Shown here in pieces: positions 1 through 8,441 of a stretch of 42,385 nucleotides of DNA; within the stretch, counting starts at the first letter, position 1; each line of letters opens with the position of its first letter. The notes below the pieces were generated by a model. It did no database searches and was not told the origin of the DNA. It saw only the letters and a list, made by a program, of their open reading frames with translations. Position numbers and translations under genes: made by a program. Source of the stretch: Myxococcota bacterium (GTDB lineage: Bacteria; Myxococcota; Myxococcia; Myxococcales; Myxococcaceae); NCBI GenBank assembly GCA_049322255.1, contig JBMORE010000003.1:1-42385 (forward strand), written 5' to 3'.

Positions 1-218
1 CCCAGGCCGAGCGCGGTGAGCGGCCGCAACCGGCTCAAGTCCTCGGCAGTGAGAAGCCCTCCGGCGTGCGGGCCCACGGCGGCGCCGAGCACCAAAAAGA
101 GCATGCCGCTGGCGGAAAGCTGCGCGAGCTGGAAGAAGCGCCCCGCCTCGAGCAGCCGCTTGCTCGAGGCCAGCACCGAAAGCGTCGCCACCGCGAGGAA
201 GACCAGGAGCGTCTGCAA
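1..218 (-). CDS. 5' part of an integral membrane protein, probably a cation:proton antiporter (CPA)-like transporter; runs off the window start
   Basis: Not in the ORF track. Manual translation from TTG at 218 gives MQTLLVFLAVATLSVLASSKRLLEAGRFFQLAQLSASGMLFLVLGAAVGPHAGGLLTAEDLSRLRPLTALGL. It has two hydrophobic helices and an LxLGxxxGP motif typical of CPA N-termini, and starts 11 nt after the stop of the PII-like gene. Family is inferred from a fragment only. Confidence 0.55.
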   Translation of the reverse strand, partial: MQTLLVFLAVATLSVLASSKRLLEAGRFFQLAQLSASGMLFLVLGAAVGPHAGGLLTAEDLSRLRPLTALGL

Positions 219-229
219 GGCCCTTCAGC

Positions 230-559
230 TTACACCCGCTGGCCCCCCACGACCGGCACCGCGAAGATGCGGCCGGAGGGCGGGTGGTCGGCGTCCATCT
301 CCAGCTGCACCCGGGAGACCAGGCGCTCGGCCTCCTCGGGAGACCCGAACGACTTGAGGCACAAAAGAATGAGCCGGTCCTCATCGCCACCGGGGGCGAG
401 GCTGCGCAACCCGGCGAACACCGGCACCTCGGTGGAAAGCGCGGCGGCGGTGCTTCTGGCTCTCAAGACGAGCGGCTCGGGCACCCCGAACTGTCGAAGC
501 CGTTGAATGGCCTTCTCCGGCTCGTCGGGGCGATTGAGGAAGACCACGACCAAGTACAC
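230..559 (-). CDS. PII-like (GlnB/CutA superfamily) small signalling protein
   Basis: 109 aa. N-terminal hydrophobic strand (MYLVVVFLN), helix, FGV, T-loop-like segment containing PVFAGLRSL, and C-terminal GRIFAVPV resembling the PII G(K/R)IFxxxV motif. Confidence 0.65.
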   Translation of the reverse strand: MYLVVVFLNRPDEPEKAIQRLRQFGVPEPLVLRARSTAAALSTEVPVFAGLRSLAPGGDEDRLILLCLKSFGSPEEAERLVSRVQLEMDADHPPSGRIFAVPVVGGQRV

Positions 560-565
560 GCGGGC

Positions 566-571
566 CTTATA
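566..571 (-). promoter_or_regulatory. Putative -10 element (TATAAG) 6 nt upstream of the GTG of the PII-like gene; leaderless-type
   Basis: Minus strand reads TATAAG-gcccgc-GTG with no Shine-Dalgarno. Confidence 0.4.
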
Positions 572-596
572 CTGAAAACCCGCGCGTTTCGAAGGG

Positions 597-1019
597 CTAC
601 TCTTTCATCGCCCCTTCTTCGCCCCCTTTGTGCTCGACGTGCTCCTCTTTGGCCGGCTCCTTGGCCGCCGCCGCCCGCGCCGCCCGCTTGCCTTCCTCGA
701 TGAGCTTCTTCACCTTCTGCCCACCCTTGCGGCCGATCTCCTCGTAGAAGTTCGGCCCGCGGGTCGCCTTGACTCGGTCGCCGCCCTTCTTGCCGATCTC
801 CTCGTAGAACTTGGGCCCGCGCTCGGCTTTCACCGTCTCGCCCCCCTTGCGGCCGATCTCCTCGTAGAAGGCCCGCCCGCGCTCCGCTTTCACCGTCGCG
901 CCGCCCTTGCGCCCAATCGTCTCGTAGAACTCGCGACCGCGCTCGTTGCGGACTGTCTCTCCGCCCTTTCGCCCGGCCTCGGCCACCGTCATGCTGCCCT
1001 TGTTTTCCTTGTCCGCCAT
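597..1019 (-). CDS. General stress protein, GsiB/Em-like (KGG-repeat, group 1 LEA-like hydrophilin)
   Basis: 140 aa with five G(R/K)KGG motifs spaced exactly 20 aa apart (FYEEIGRKGG). GGAGG Shine-Dalgarno upstream. Confidence 0.85.
   Translation of the reverse strand: MADKENKGSMTVAEAGRKGGETVRNERGREFYETIGRKGGATVKAERGRAFYEEIGRKGGETVKAERGPKFYEEIGKKGGDRVKATRGPNFYEEIGRKGGQKVKKLIEEGKRAARAAAAKEPAKEEHVEHKGGEEGAMKE
720..974. repeat. 60-bp imperfect tandem repeat (about 4.25 units) encoding the 20-aa KGG units
   Basis: Successive 60-nt lines align (ccxcccttgcggccgatctcctcgtagaa...). Confidence 0.9.
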
Positions 1020-1259
1020 CTCGATTTCCTCCGTGGTTACGACCTTCCCCTTCGCCGCCTTCTCTCTTGCTCAAAACCTTGGGTCCGGGCCTGCCCGATG
1101 CAAGCACGGCCGGTCGCCTATGGTTCAACCGCCCAAGTTTCCTTTTCGTTCCGTTCACTGCTGGCCGCGAAGACGAGGCCCTTGCTCGTCCGCCCGGTTT
1201 CATTTCAGTCAACGGTTGGCCTGACCGGTCCATTCCAAGACACTCACGCTCGCGAGTGC

Positions 1260-2015
1260 TCACTGTTGCTTCTTAACGGCCCCGGTGCAGCCGCGCCCGC
1301 CGCGCCGAAAGGCTGCTTCGAACGCCGAAAGCTTTGGCGCGAACGTGAAGGACACCGCCTGGCAGCGGTCTCCCAAAAGCTCGGCGGACAGCTCTCCGCC
1401 GTAGTCGGCGTGGTAACGCAGGCGCGCCACCCCGTCGGCATCGAAAAGAACGGCAGACAGGCGTGGGCGGCAGCGGTCGGCGGCTCTCTCGTGGGAGGGA
1501 CGAACGAGAATCACTGCGGCGATGCTCTTCTTCGAGGGCCGCGTACCGACCACGAACCAATGGTCGTCCAAGGCAGATGCGTCGTTCTTGCACAGCTTGG
1601 GAGGGGCCTCGGTGAGCGAAAGCCGCCAGCCCTCCTCGGCCGGAACCGGCTTTTCGCAAACTCCGCCCTCCCCGGGCCGGGCCTGAGCTGCCTTGCGCAC
1701 TGCCTCGATGAGCCTCGACGTTTTGCCGAAGAGCTTTTTCGAGAGGCCCTGGGGGGCGCCGTCGCCCACCCCTTCGAGCCATTGCTGAATCTGCCCGCCG
1801 GCCAAAGCCACACCCGACAGAAAACGGCTCAGGTGCAGGGCTTGCTCTCGTCCACACCCCGGGAGCGTCGCCAAGAGCACCTTCTCCTCCGGTGGATAAC
1901 CTCCCGACGAGGGCGCCTCCACCACGTCACCGATGCGCCCCAACGGTGCGGGAAGCGTGGCGCCACCCTCGAAGGGAGCGGCGGCGAGCAGGAGTGGAAG
2001 GAGCAGCGCCAGCAT
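1260..2015 (-). CDS. Hypothetical secreted protein
   Basis: 251 aa. Hydrophobic signal-like N-terminus (MLALLLPLLLAAA) and several Cys. Starts 27 nt downstream of the amidase on the same strand. Confidence 0.7.
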   Translation of the reverse strand: MLALLLPLLLAAAPFEGGATLPAPLGRIGDVVEAPSSGGYPPEEKVLLATLPGCGREQALHLSRFLSGVALAGGQIQQWLEGVGDGAPQGLSKKLFGKTSRLIEAVRKAAQARPGEGGVCEKPVPAEEGWRLSLTEAPPKLCKNDASALDDHWFVVGTRPSKKSIAAVILVRPSHERAADRCRPRLSAVLFDADGVARLRYHADYGGELSAELLGDRCQAVSFTFAPKLSAFEAAFRRGGRGCTGAVKKQQ

Positions 2016-2042
2016 GGGCGCACCTTCGTCGAACCCAAAGCG

Positions 2043-3575
2043 TTAGTCCACCTTCGCCAGCCGCTCCCGGTCTCCCAGAAACTCGCGCACGCCCTCGGCG
2101 ATCGCCGTCGCCACATCCTCCTGGTAGCGGCTCGAGCCAAGGAGCTTCTCCTCCACCGGGTTGGAGAGGAAGGAGGTCTCCACCAAAATGGCGGGCATCT
2201 TCGCGCCCAACAGCACGTAGAAGAGCGCCTCCTTGGTGCCCAAATCCTTGATCCCCTTGTGCTTGGCCGACAGCGCGCTCACCAGGCCTCGTTGCACCTT
2301 GGCGGCCAACCGCGCCGACTCCTCGGTGTTCGCCTTGGTCGCCAGGTCGGCCAAAATGAGCGCAAGGTCGTTGATCCCCTTCTCGGTGGAGGCGTTCTCC
2401 CGCGCCGCCAGCCGAAGGCTGTAACGGTCGGAGGCGATGTTCAGAGAGTAAGTCTCCACCCCCCGCAGCTTCTTCGAGGGCGCCGAGTTGCAGTGGACCG
2501 AGATGAACAGATCGCCCCGCGCCTGGTTGGCCAACTGGGCGCGCTCCTCCAGCTTCAGGAAAGTGTCGTCTTCGCGGGTGAGCACCACCTCCAGGCCCAC
2601 CTCGGTGAGGCGCGCGGCGACCTTCTTCGAAATCTCCAACGCGACGTCCTTCTCCTGCACCCCGGAGGGACCGATGGCGCCGGTGTCATGCCCGCCGTGG
2701 CCGGCATCGATCACCACCCGGCGCACCTTGAGCCCCAGCTGCTCGGCCAACGTCAGCTCGCGCCCCAGCTCGTGCTTGGCCACCTGGCGCAGCCGCTCCT
2801 TGGCCTCTTGGGTCGCCTGGGCATCGAGCTTTTCCGGTGCCGGCCCCGGAGTGGCCCGGCCTACCCTCACCTCGCGCAGGCGCTCTTGCACCTCGGTCAA
2901 CTTGGGGAGCGCCTTGGGCACAAGGGCGGCCGCTGCCTCCTCCACCGGGGAAACGCGACGCGCAGTCACCTTCGAGATCGCCGCCAACAACGCGTCGGCT
3001 GTGGGCGAGCGCGAGACGTCCTTCCGCTCGGGCGCGGCCTTGGCCGGCTCCATCTTCGCCGCCGGCAGGCGCGCAGCCAGTGCCTCGAGTTTTTTGGCTT
3101 GGTCGCCGTCAGGGTTGACCGACAGCATCTGCTCGATCAGCTTTCGCGCGCCTTCGGGGTCGGCCTTTCGATCGAGATGGAGCCTCGCCAGCGCCAACGC
3201 ACCGTCATCGGCCAGCCGGTGTTTGGGGTGCAGCTCGACGAGCTTGGCGTAGCTGGCCATCGCCGCCTCCCAATCTTCCCGGGCGCCCGAGAGCCGGCCA
3301 AGCTCGACGAAGAGCTCCCCCGCGGTGAACAGCGCGTCGGGCGCCCGCTCGCTCTTGGGAAACTTTGCCGCCACCCGCTCGAACTTCTTTGCCACGTTGA
3401 TCCAGTGGTGACGAAACTGGCGGCGCTGCGCATCTCCCTTGAGCGCGTAGTACGCCTCTCGCGCGTCGGCGTAGGCCTCTTCGAAGCTTGGGGCCGCAAG
3501 CGCTGGGCTCGCCGTCACCACCCACGCCACCGCTGCGAACATCGCCCAAGCGCGCATGCGAACCTTCCTCGTCAC
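2043..3575 (-). CDS. N-acetylmuramoyl-L-alanine amidase (Amidase_3, AmiC-like) with N-terminal TPR-like domain
   Basis: Signal peptide, TPR-like helices (APDALFTAGEL; HRLADDGAL). Catalytic motifs VVIDAGHGGHD, EKD, FISVHCN, PAILVETSFLSN. Start could be the ATG a few codons in. Confidence 0.93.
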   Translation of the reverse strand: MTRKVRMRAWAMFAAVAWVVTASPALAAPSFEEAYADAREAYYALKGDAQRRQFRHHWINVAKKFERVAAKFPKSERAPDALFTAGELFVELGRLSGAREDWEAAMASYAKLVELHPKHRLADDGALALARLHLDRKADPEGARKLIEQMLSVNPDGDQAKKLEALAARLPAAKMEPAKAAPERKDVSRSPTADALLAAISKVTARRVSPVEEAAAALVPKALPKLTEVQERLREVRVGRATPGPAPEKLDAQATQEAKERLRQVAKHELGRELTLAEQLGLKVRRVVIDAGHGGHDTGAIGPSGVQEKDVALEISKKVAARLTEVGLEVVLTREDDTFLKLEERAQLANQARGDLFISVHCNSAPSKKLRGVETYSLNIASDRYSLRLAARENASTEKGINDLALILADLATKANTEESARLAAKVQRGLVSALSAKHKGIKDLGTKEALFYVLLGAKMPAILVETSFLSNPVEEKLLGSSRYQEDVATAIAEGVREFLGDRERLAKVD

Positions 3576-3636
3576 CTACAGAGGTGTTCCATGTGAGCAC
3601 GAGGCCTACACCTGGGCAAATTTTGGGCTTTCGCCC

Positions 3637-4401
3637 CTACTCCACCCACCCCAAAGTCTTCGCCAGATCTTCGTCGATCACCCTCACCCAAGTGGGCCGG
3701 AAAGGAACGACGGCGGCGAGCAGCTTGGGCCCGTTCTTCACCGGCGCCCTCCCCGGCCGCGCGCGCGCCCTCACCTCGTGCTTCACGTCGCCCTGGTAGT
3801 AGCTGGCGGCGAAGACCGTTTCGGATCTCGTCGGGGACAAAGGTTCGGCCGGAGTGAGCCACACCAGCATTCCTTTTCGCAGGGGCTCCAAGTCGGCGCG
3901 CAGGGTGCGGCGAAGCTCCCAGCCCAGCCCCAAGAGCGCCAACACCACCCCCAAGCCCAACCCGGCCGGAGCCAGCCACAGCGCCCAGGCTTTTTCGCGT
4001 GCGTACCTCGCTTCGCGCGGCGCCGTTGGATTGGTGGGGCTCACCAGAAGCGTCACCTCGGCGCCGACCCCCAACCCCTCCGCATAGGCGGCATGGGTCA
4101 CCACGTTGCTCGCCGAGTGCTCCTGGCCCAAAAAGGCATAGAGCACGTGTAAGGTGGCGGTGGCTCCTTCGCGCTCTTCCTTGGCAGGCAGCTTCACCGC
4201 CGCCACTTTGCCCAAGACCTCCTGGGCGCTTTCGTAGAACGCGTGCTCCGTCACCCAATAGCGCGCCCCCATGGTCCCCAGCTGGGAAAGCCCCGTGGCC
4301 AAAACGACCCCGAGACCCAAGGACACTCCCAGCCGTCGCAAGGCACCGGGCACCTGCCGAAGCTTCACCTTCCGGGGCGGGTGGGGAATGGCCAGGCGCA
4401 C
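3637..4401 (-). CDS. Membrane protein, DUF3592-like
   Basis: 254 aa. Two TM segments flank a beta-rich domain (G-V..., vxY, VxLLVSPxNP pattern). Starts 6 nt after the mutS stop. Confidence 0.65.
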   Translation of the reverse strand: MRLAIPHPPRKVKLRQVPGALRRLGVSLGLGVVLATGLSQLGTMGARYWVTEHAFYESAQEVLGKVAAVKLPAKEEREGATATLHVLYAFLGQEHSASNVVTHAAYAEGLGVGAEVTLLVSPTNPTAPREARYAREKAWALWLAPAGLGLGVVLALLGLGWELRRTLRADLEPLRKGMLVWLTPAEPLSPTRSETVFAASYYQGDVKHEVRARARPGRAPVKNGPKLLAAVVPFRPTWVRVIDEDLAKTLGWVE

Positions 4402-4407
4402 GTACCG

Positions 4408-7140
4408 CTACTCCAGCGCCTTCTTCCAGCGATAGAGCGCATTGAGGGCCTCCAGGGGCGTCGTGGCCTCGAGGGGCAGCGCCAAAAGCTCCTCCAGCAC
4501 CGCCTGCTGAGACGTCGCCAGCGTGGGCACAGGCTCGGAGACGAACAGACCGAGCTGGTCGGTCGACCGCCGCTGCCTCTGGGTGAGCCGAGGCCGGCCG
4601 ATCTCGTCGAGCTCGGTGGACTCCAAGTTGAGGAGAATCTCCTTGGCCCGCCCCACCACCTCGGGCGGCAGGCCCGCCAGCTTGGCCACCTCGATGCCAT
4701 AGGAGCGACTCGCCCCGCCCGGCACCAGCTTGCGCAGGAACACCACCTTGCCTTGGTGCTCCTTCACCGCGATCGAGCAGTTCTTCACCCGAGCCTTCTC
4801 TTGGGCCAGGTCGGTGAGCTCGTGGTAGTGGGTGGCGAAGAGGGTGCGCGCGCCGATCTCGTCGTGCAGGTGCTCGGCCACCGCCCAAGCAATCGACAGC
4901 CCGTCGAAGGTGGAGGTACCGCGGCCGATCTCGTCGAGGATCACCAGGCTCCGGTCGGTCGCGTGGTGGAGGATGTTCGCCGTCTCGATCATCTCCACCA
5001 TGAAGGTCGACTGACCGCGGGCGAGGTTGTCGGCGGCGCCCACGCGGGTGAACACCCGGTCGCACAGCCCGATGCGCGCGTGCGCGGCCGGCACGAACGA
5101 GCCCGCCTGCGCCATCACCACGATGAGCGCCACCTGACGCATCACCGTGCTCTTGCCGGCCATGTTGGGCCCGGTGATGACGACGAGCTGCGCCTCCTCG
5201 CCCAGCCGTACGTCGTTGGAAACGAAGGGTTCGTGGGCGAGCACCCGTTCGACCACCGGATGGCGGCCGGCGGCGATGTCGATGCTCTTTCCCGTGTCGA
5301 TGACAGGACGGGCGTACCCGTACTCCGCGGCGCAGCGGGCGAAGGAGAGCAACACGTCGAGCACCGCCAGCGCCTCCGCCGCCGCCTTGAGCGCACTCGC
5401 CGCCGCCACCACCTTGGCCCGCAGGGCCTCGAAGAGCTGGTACTCCAGCTCGCCGCGCCGCTCCTCCGCGGTGAGAACCTTCTCTTCATATTCCTTGAGC
5501 TCGGGGGTGACGAAGCGCTCGGCGCCCACGGTGGTTTGCTTGCGCTGGTAACCCTCGGGCACCAGGTGGAGGTTTGCCCGGGTGACCTCGATGTAGTACC
5601 CGAACACCTTGTTGAAGCGAACCTTGAGCGAGCCGATGCCGGTGCGCTCTTTCTCGCGGGCCTCGATCTGGAGGAGCACCTCCCGCCCCGAGCTAGCCAG
5701 CTTCGACAGCTCGTCGAGCTCGGCGTTGTAGCCGGCACGAAACAACCCGCCTTCCTTCAGCGTCACCGGCGGCTCGTCGGCCACCGCGTTCGAAAGCTCC
5801 TGGCCCAGCTCGACCACTCCTTGGGCCGACAAAGGCCCGCGCAGCCCACCCAAGAGTGGAGAGCGGCAGCGTTTCAGCGCGGCGCATATGGAGGGCAGCA
5901 CCCCCAGCGACTGGCCCAGGGCCTTCAAGTCGCGCGCGTTGCCCGTGCCCATCGCCAGCCGGCCGCACAGCCTTTCGACGTCGGCGATCTGCCGCAGCGC
6001 GCCGGTGAATTCTTCGCGCCACATGCCCTTGACCGACAGCTCCTCCACCGCATCGAGCCGGGCCTCGATGGCCGCCACGTCGGCCAAGGGAGCGGTGAGC
6101 CAGCGGGCCAGCTTGCGCGCTCCCATGCCCGTCGCGGTGCGGTCGAGCACCGACAGGAGCGAGCCCTTGCGAGCGCCGTCTTGGAGGGTGCGCAAGATTT
6201 CCAAATTGCCCCGCGAGGCCTCGTCGAGCAAAAGCTGCGCCCCCCGGCGCGACAAGCTCAAACGATCGACGTGGCGGGCACGAGCCTTCTGCGTGTCCTG
6301 CAAGTAGCGCAGCGCCGCCCCCGCGGCCCCGAGCGCAGGGGCGTGGTGGGGCGAGGACTCGGAGAGCCCGAAGCCCTCGAGCGAGGACACCCCGAAGTGC
6401 GAGCGCAGCCGCGCCGCCGCCCGGGCAGGCTCGAAAGCCTCGGACGCGAGCGTCGCCACCGCCGGCCTGCGCGGGAGCGCTTGGCACAACCGCGTCAGGC
6501 GGGCGTTTCCCTGAAGAGCTTCGGGAACCAACAGCTCGCGCGGCGCGGCGCGGGAAAGCTCGTCGACCAAGTCGTCGAAGCTCTCGGGCAACAGAGCGGT
6601 GAATTCTCCGGTGGAAGCATCGAGGAGCGCCGCCCCCATTCCCCCGTCCTCCTCCTGAAGGAGCACCGCGGCGAGGAAGTTGTTCTCGCCCGCCTCGAGC
6701 ACCTCCTCGTCGAGGACCATGCCCGGCGTCACCACCCGAATCACCTCGCGCCGGACGATGCCTGGGCCGCTGGCCTCTTCCACCTGCTCGCAGATGGCCA
6801 CCTTCAGCCCGTGCCCGATGAGCTTGGCGATGTAGCGGCGGGCCGAGTGGTACGGCACCCCGCACATCGGCACCTTCTCGGCGCCTTTGGCGCGCGCGGT
6901 GAGGGTGATTTGGAGCAGCGGCGCAGCACGCACCGCGTCGTCGAAGAACATCTCGTAGAAATCACCCAGCCGGAAGAAGAGGATGGCGTCAGGATGCGCG
7001 GCCTTGGTCTCGAGGTACTGCCGCATCATCGGGGTGGCCACGCCGATGTCGGCCACTGCCTCGGCGGCGGTCGTCGATGCCGCCGGCGGCGGCGACACTT
7101 GCACCTCACTGGTCTTGGTGTTGGCCCCTTTGGCGCCCAT
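4408..7140 (-). CDS. mutS: DNA mismatch repair protein MutS
   Basis: TPMMRQY, FFRLGDFYEMF, Walker A GPNMAGKST, STFMVEM, LDEIGRGTST, SYGIEVA. Start placed at ATG 7140 (preceded by AGAGGTGAGG), not the ORF-track 7329. Confidence 0.97.
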   Translation of the reverse strand: MGAKGANTKTSEVQVSPPPAASTTAAEAVADIGVATPMMRQYLETKAAHPDAILFFRLGDFYEMFFDDAVRAAPLLQITLTARAKGAEKVPMCGVPYHSARRYIAKLIGHGLKVAICEQVEEASGPGIVRREVIRVVTPGMVLDEEVLEAGENNFLAAVLLQEEDGGMGAALLDASTGEFTALLPESFDDLVDELSRAAPRELLVPEALQGNARLTRLCQALPRRPAVATLASEAFEPARAAARLRSHFGVSSLEGFGLSESSPHHAPALGAAGAALRYLQDTQKARARHVDRLSLSRRGAQLLLDEASRGNLEILRTLQDGARKGSLLSVLDRTATGMGARKLARWLTAPLADVAAIEARLDAVEELSVKGMWREEFTGALRQIADVERLCGRLAMGTGNARDLKALGQSLGVLPSICAALKRCRSPLLGGLRGPLSAQGVVELGQELSNAVADEPPVTLKEGGLFRAGYNAELDELSKLASSGREVLLQIEAREKERTGIGSLKVRFNKVFGYYIEVTRANLHLVPEGYQRKQTTVGAERFVTPELKEYEEKVLTAEERRGELEYQLFEALRAKVVAAASALKAAAEALAVLDVLLSFARCAAEYGYARPVIDTGKSIDIAAGRHPVVERVLAHEPFVSNDVRLGEEAQLVVITGPNMAGKSTVMRQVALIVVMAQAGSFVPAAHARIGLCDRVFTRVGAADNLARGQSTFMVEMIETANILHHATDRSLVILDEIGRGTSTFDGLSIAWAVAEHLHDEIGARTLFATHYHELTDLAQEKARVKNCSIAVKEHQGKVVFLRKLVPGGASRSYGIEVAKLAGLPPEVVGRAKEILLNLESTELDEIGRPRLTQRQRRSTDQLGLFVSEPVPTLATSQQAVLEELLALPLEATTPLEALNALYRWKKALE

Positions 7141-7288
7141 CCTCACCTCTTCTCTCACAATGGGCCGTACCCCTACCAGAGCGCTCTGACAGCATTTTTG
7201 CGGGGAGCGCGACCCGCGACCTGGGCGCCGAATTGTAGTCTTTGCAGCCCTTGGGCTTATCTTTCGGTCTTCGCTTCGGGGGTTTTCG

Positions 7289-8437
7289 ATGGCTTGCACG
7301 GTCGGTGTCGACTTCGGAACGTCCACCACGGAGATTGCCGTGTACCAGGAGGGTCAGACCCGCCTGGTGCGCGACTGGGACGGCGCAGCGGTCATTCCCT
7401 CGGTCGTTGCCTATTTGCCCAACGGAACGCTCGAGTTTGGAAAAGCCGCGAAGAAGCGAATGGGCGTCGACCCGCAGAACACGCTCCACTCGGTGAAAAG
7501 AATCATCGGGCTGCCGTGGAAGGCCGAGGAGGTGCAAACGTTTCGTTCCCACGGCCGCTTCGAAATGGTGGAGGGAGCCCACGGGGTGCCCTGCTTCGTC
7601 ACCCGCGCCGGAAAGGTGAACGCCACCGAGGTGGCCGGCGCGCTCCTCCAGCACATGCGCAGCTACCCCGTCTTCGAGGCGGTTTCCCCCGAAAAGATCG
7701 CGTTGACGGTTCCGGCTGCCTTCTCGCAGCGCCAGCGAAACCAGCTGGTGGTCTCGGCGACCAAGGCGGGCTTCGCCGACGTCACCGTCATCGAGGAGCC
7801 CTACGCGGCGGCACTGCCCTTCGTCACCCAAGAGGGCAAGGAGCGCATCGTCGCGGTGTACGACCTCGGCGGCGGCACCTTCGACTTCGCGCTCTTGAAG
7901 CTGCACGGCGCCGTGCACTGGGTGCTGGCCTCGGGCGGTGAGCAGTTCCTCGGGGGCAGCGACATCGATCTGCGCCTGGCCGAATGGATGGCCGACGAGA
8001 CGCTCAAGGTCTACCGCCGCGACATGCGCACGGACTCGGCGATTTTCCATCGGCTGCTCTTGGCCGCCGAAGACGCGAAGATTGCCTTGTCCTCCGTACT
8101 GCAGATCGAGGTCGACCTGGGCGCCATCGACCCGTCCTTGGCTGGCCGCCACCTGGCGCTGACGCGCCACAAGCTGGAACAGCTTTGTCAGGACCTGGTC
8201 CTCAGGACGTTCGTATCCTGCGACGAGGTGCTGGCCAAGGCGAAGGTGAAGCCCGCCGAGGTGAACGAGGTGGTGCTCGTCGGGGGGTCGGCGCGCATGC
8301 CCGCGGTTTTGCGTGCGCTGAAAGAGTACTTCGGGCGCGAGCCGCTCGCGCTGGACGAACCGGACCAAGCCGTCGCCACGGGAGCGGCGATGGCGGCGGC
8401 GGTGCTCGCGGGTGACCGTCAGGTCCTTCGCAAGTAG
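7289..8437 (+). CDS. Hsp70-family protein, nucleotide-binding domain only
   Basis: GVDFGTS, TVPAAF, EPYAAAL, YDLGGGTFD, LGGSDID, LVGGSARMP, PDQAVATGAA. Ends at 382 aa with no substrate-binding domain. Confidence 0.9.
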   Translation: MACTVGVDFGTSTTEIAVYQEGQTRLVRDWDGAAVIPSVVAYLPNGTLEFGKAAKKRMGVDPQNTLHSVKRIIGLPWKAEEVQTFRSHGRFEMVEGAHGVPCFVTRAGKVNATEVAGALLQHMRSYPVFEAVSPEKIALTVPAAFSQRQRNQLVVSATKAGFADVTVIEEPYAAALPFVTQEGKERIVAVYDLGGGTFDFALLKLHGAVHWVLASGGEQFLGGSDIDLRLAEWMADETLKVYRRDMRTDSAIFHRLLLAAEDAKIALSSVLQIEVDLGAIDPSLAGRHLALTRHKLEQLCQDLVLRTFVSCDEVLAKAKVKPAEVNEVVLVGGSARMPAVLRALKEYFGREPLALDEPDQAVATGAAMAAAVLAGDRQVLRK

Positions 8438-8441
8438 GTCT

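Noticed and set aside
720..974. Regularly spaced repeats as a CRISPR array (also 28607-28921)
   Set aside because: They are in-frame coding repeats with synonymous variation, no unique spacers and no cas genes.
630..3596. 988-aa plus-strand ORF
   Set aside because: Antisense shadow of the KGG, secreted-protein and amidase genes. No recognisable motifs; long stop-free antisense frames are expected at high GC.
4243..7941. 1232-aa plus-strand ORF
   Set aside because: Mirror frame of mutS, with His/Arg/Gly-rich composition typical of antisense ORFs.
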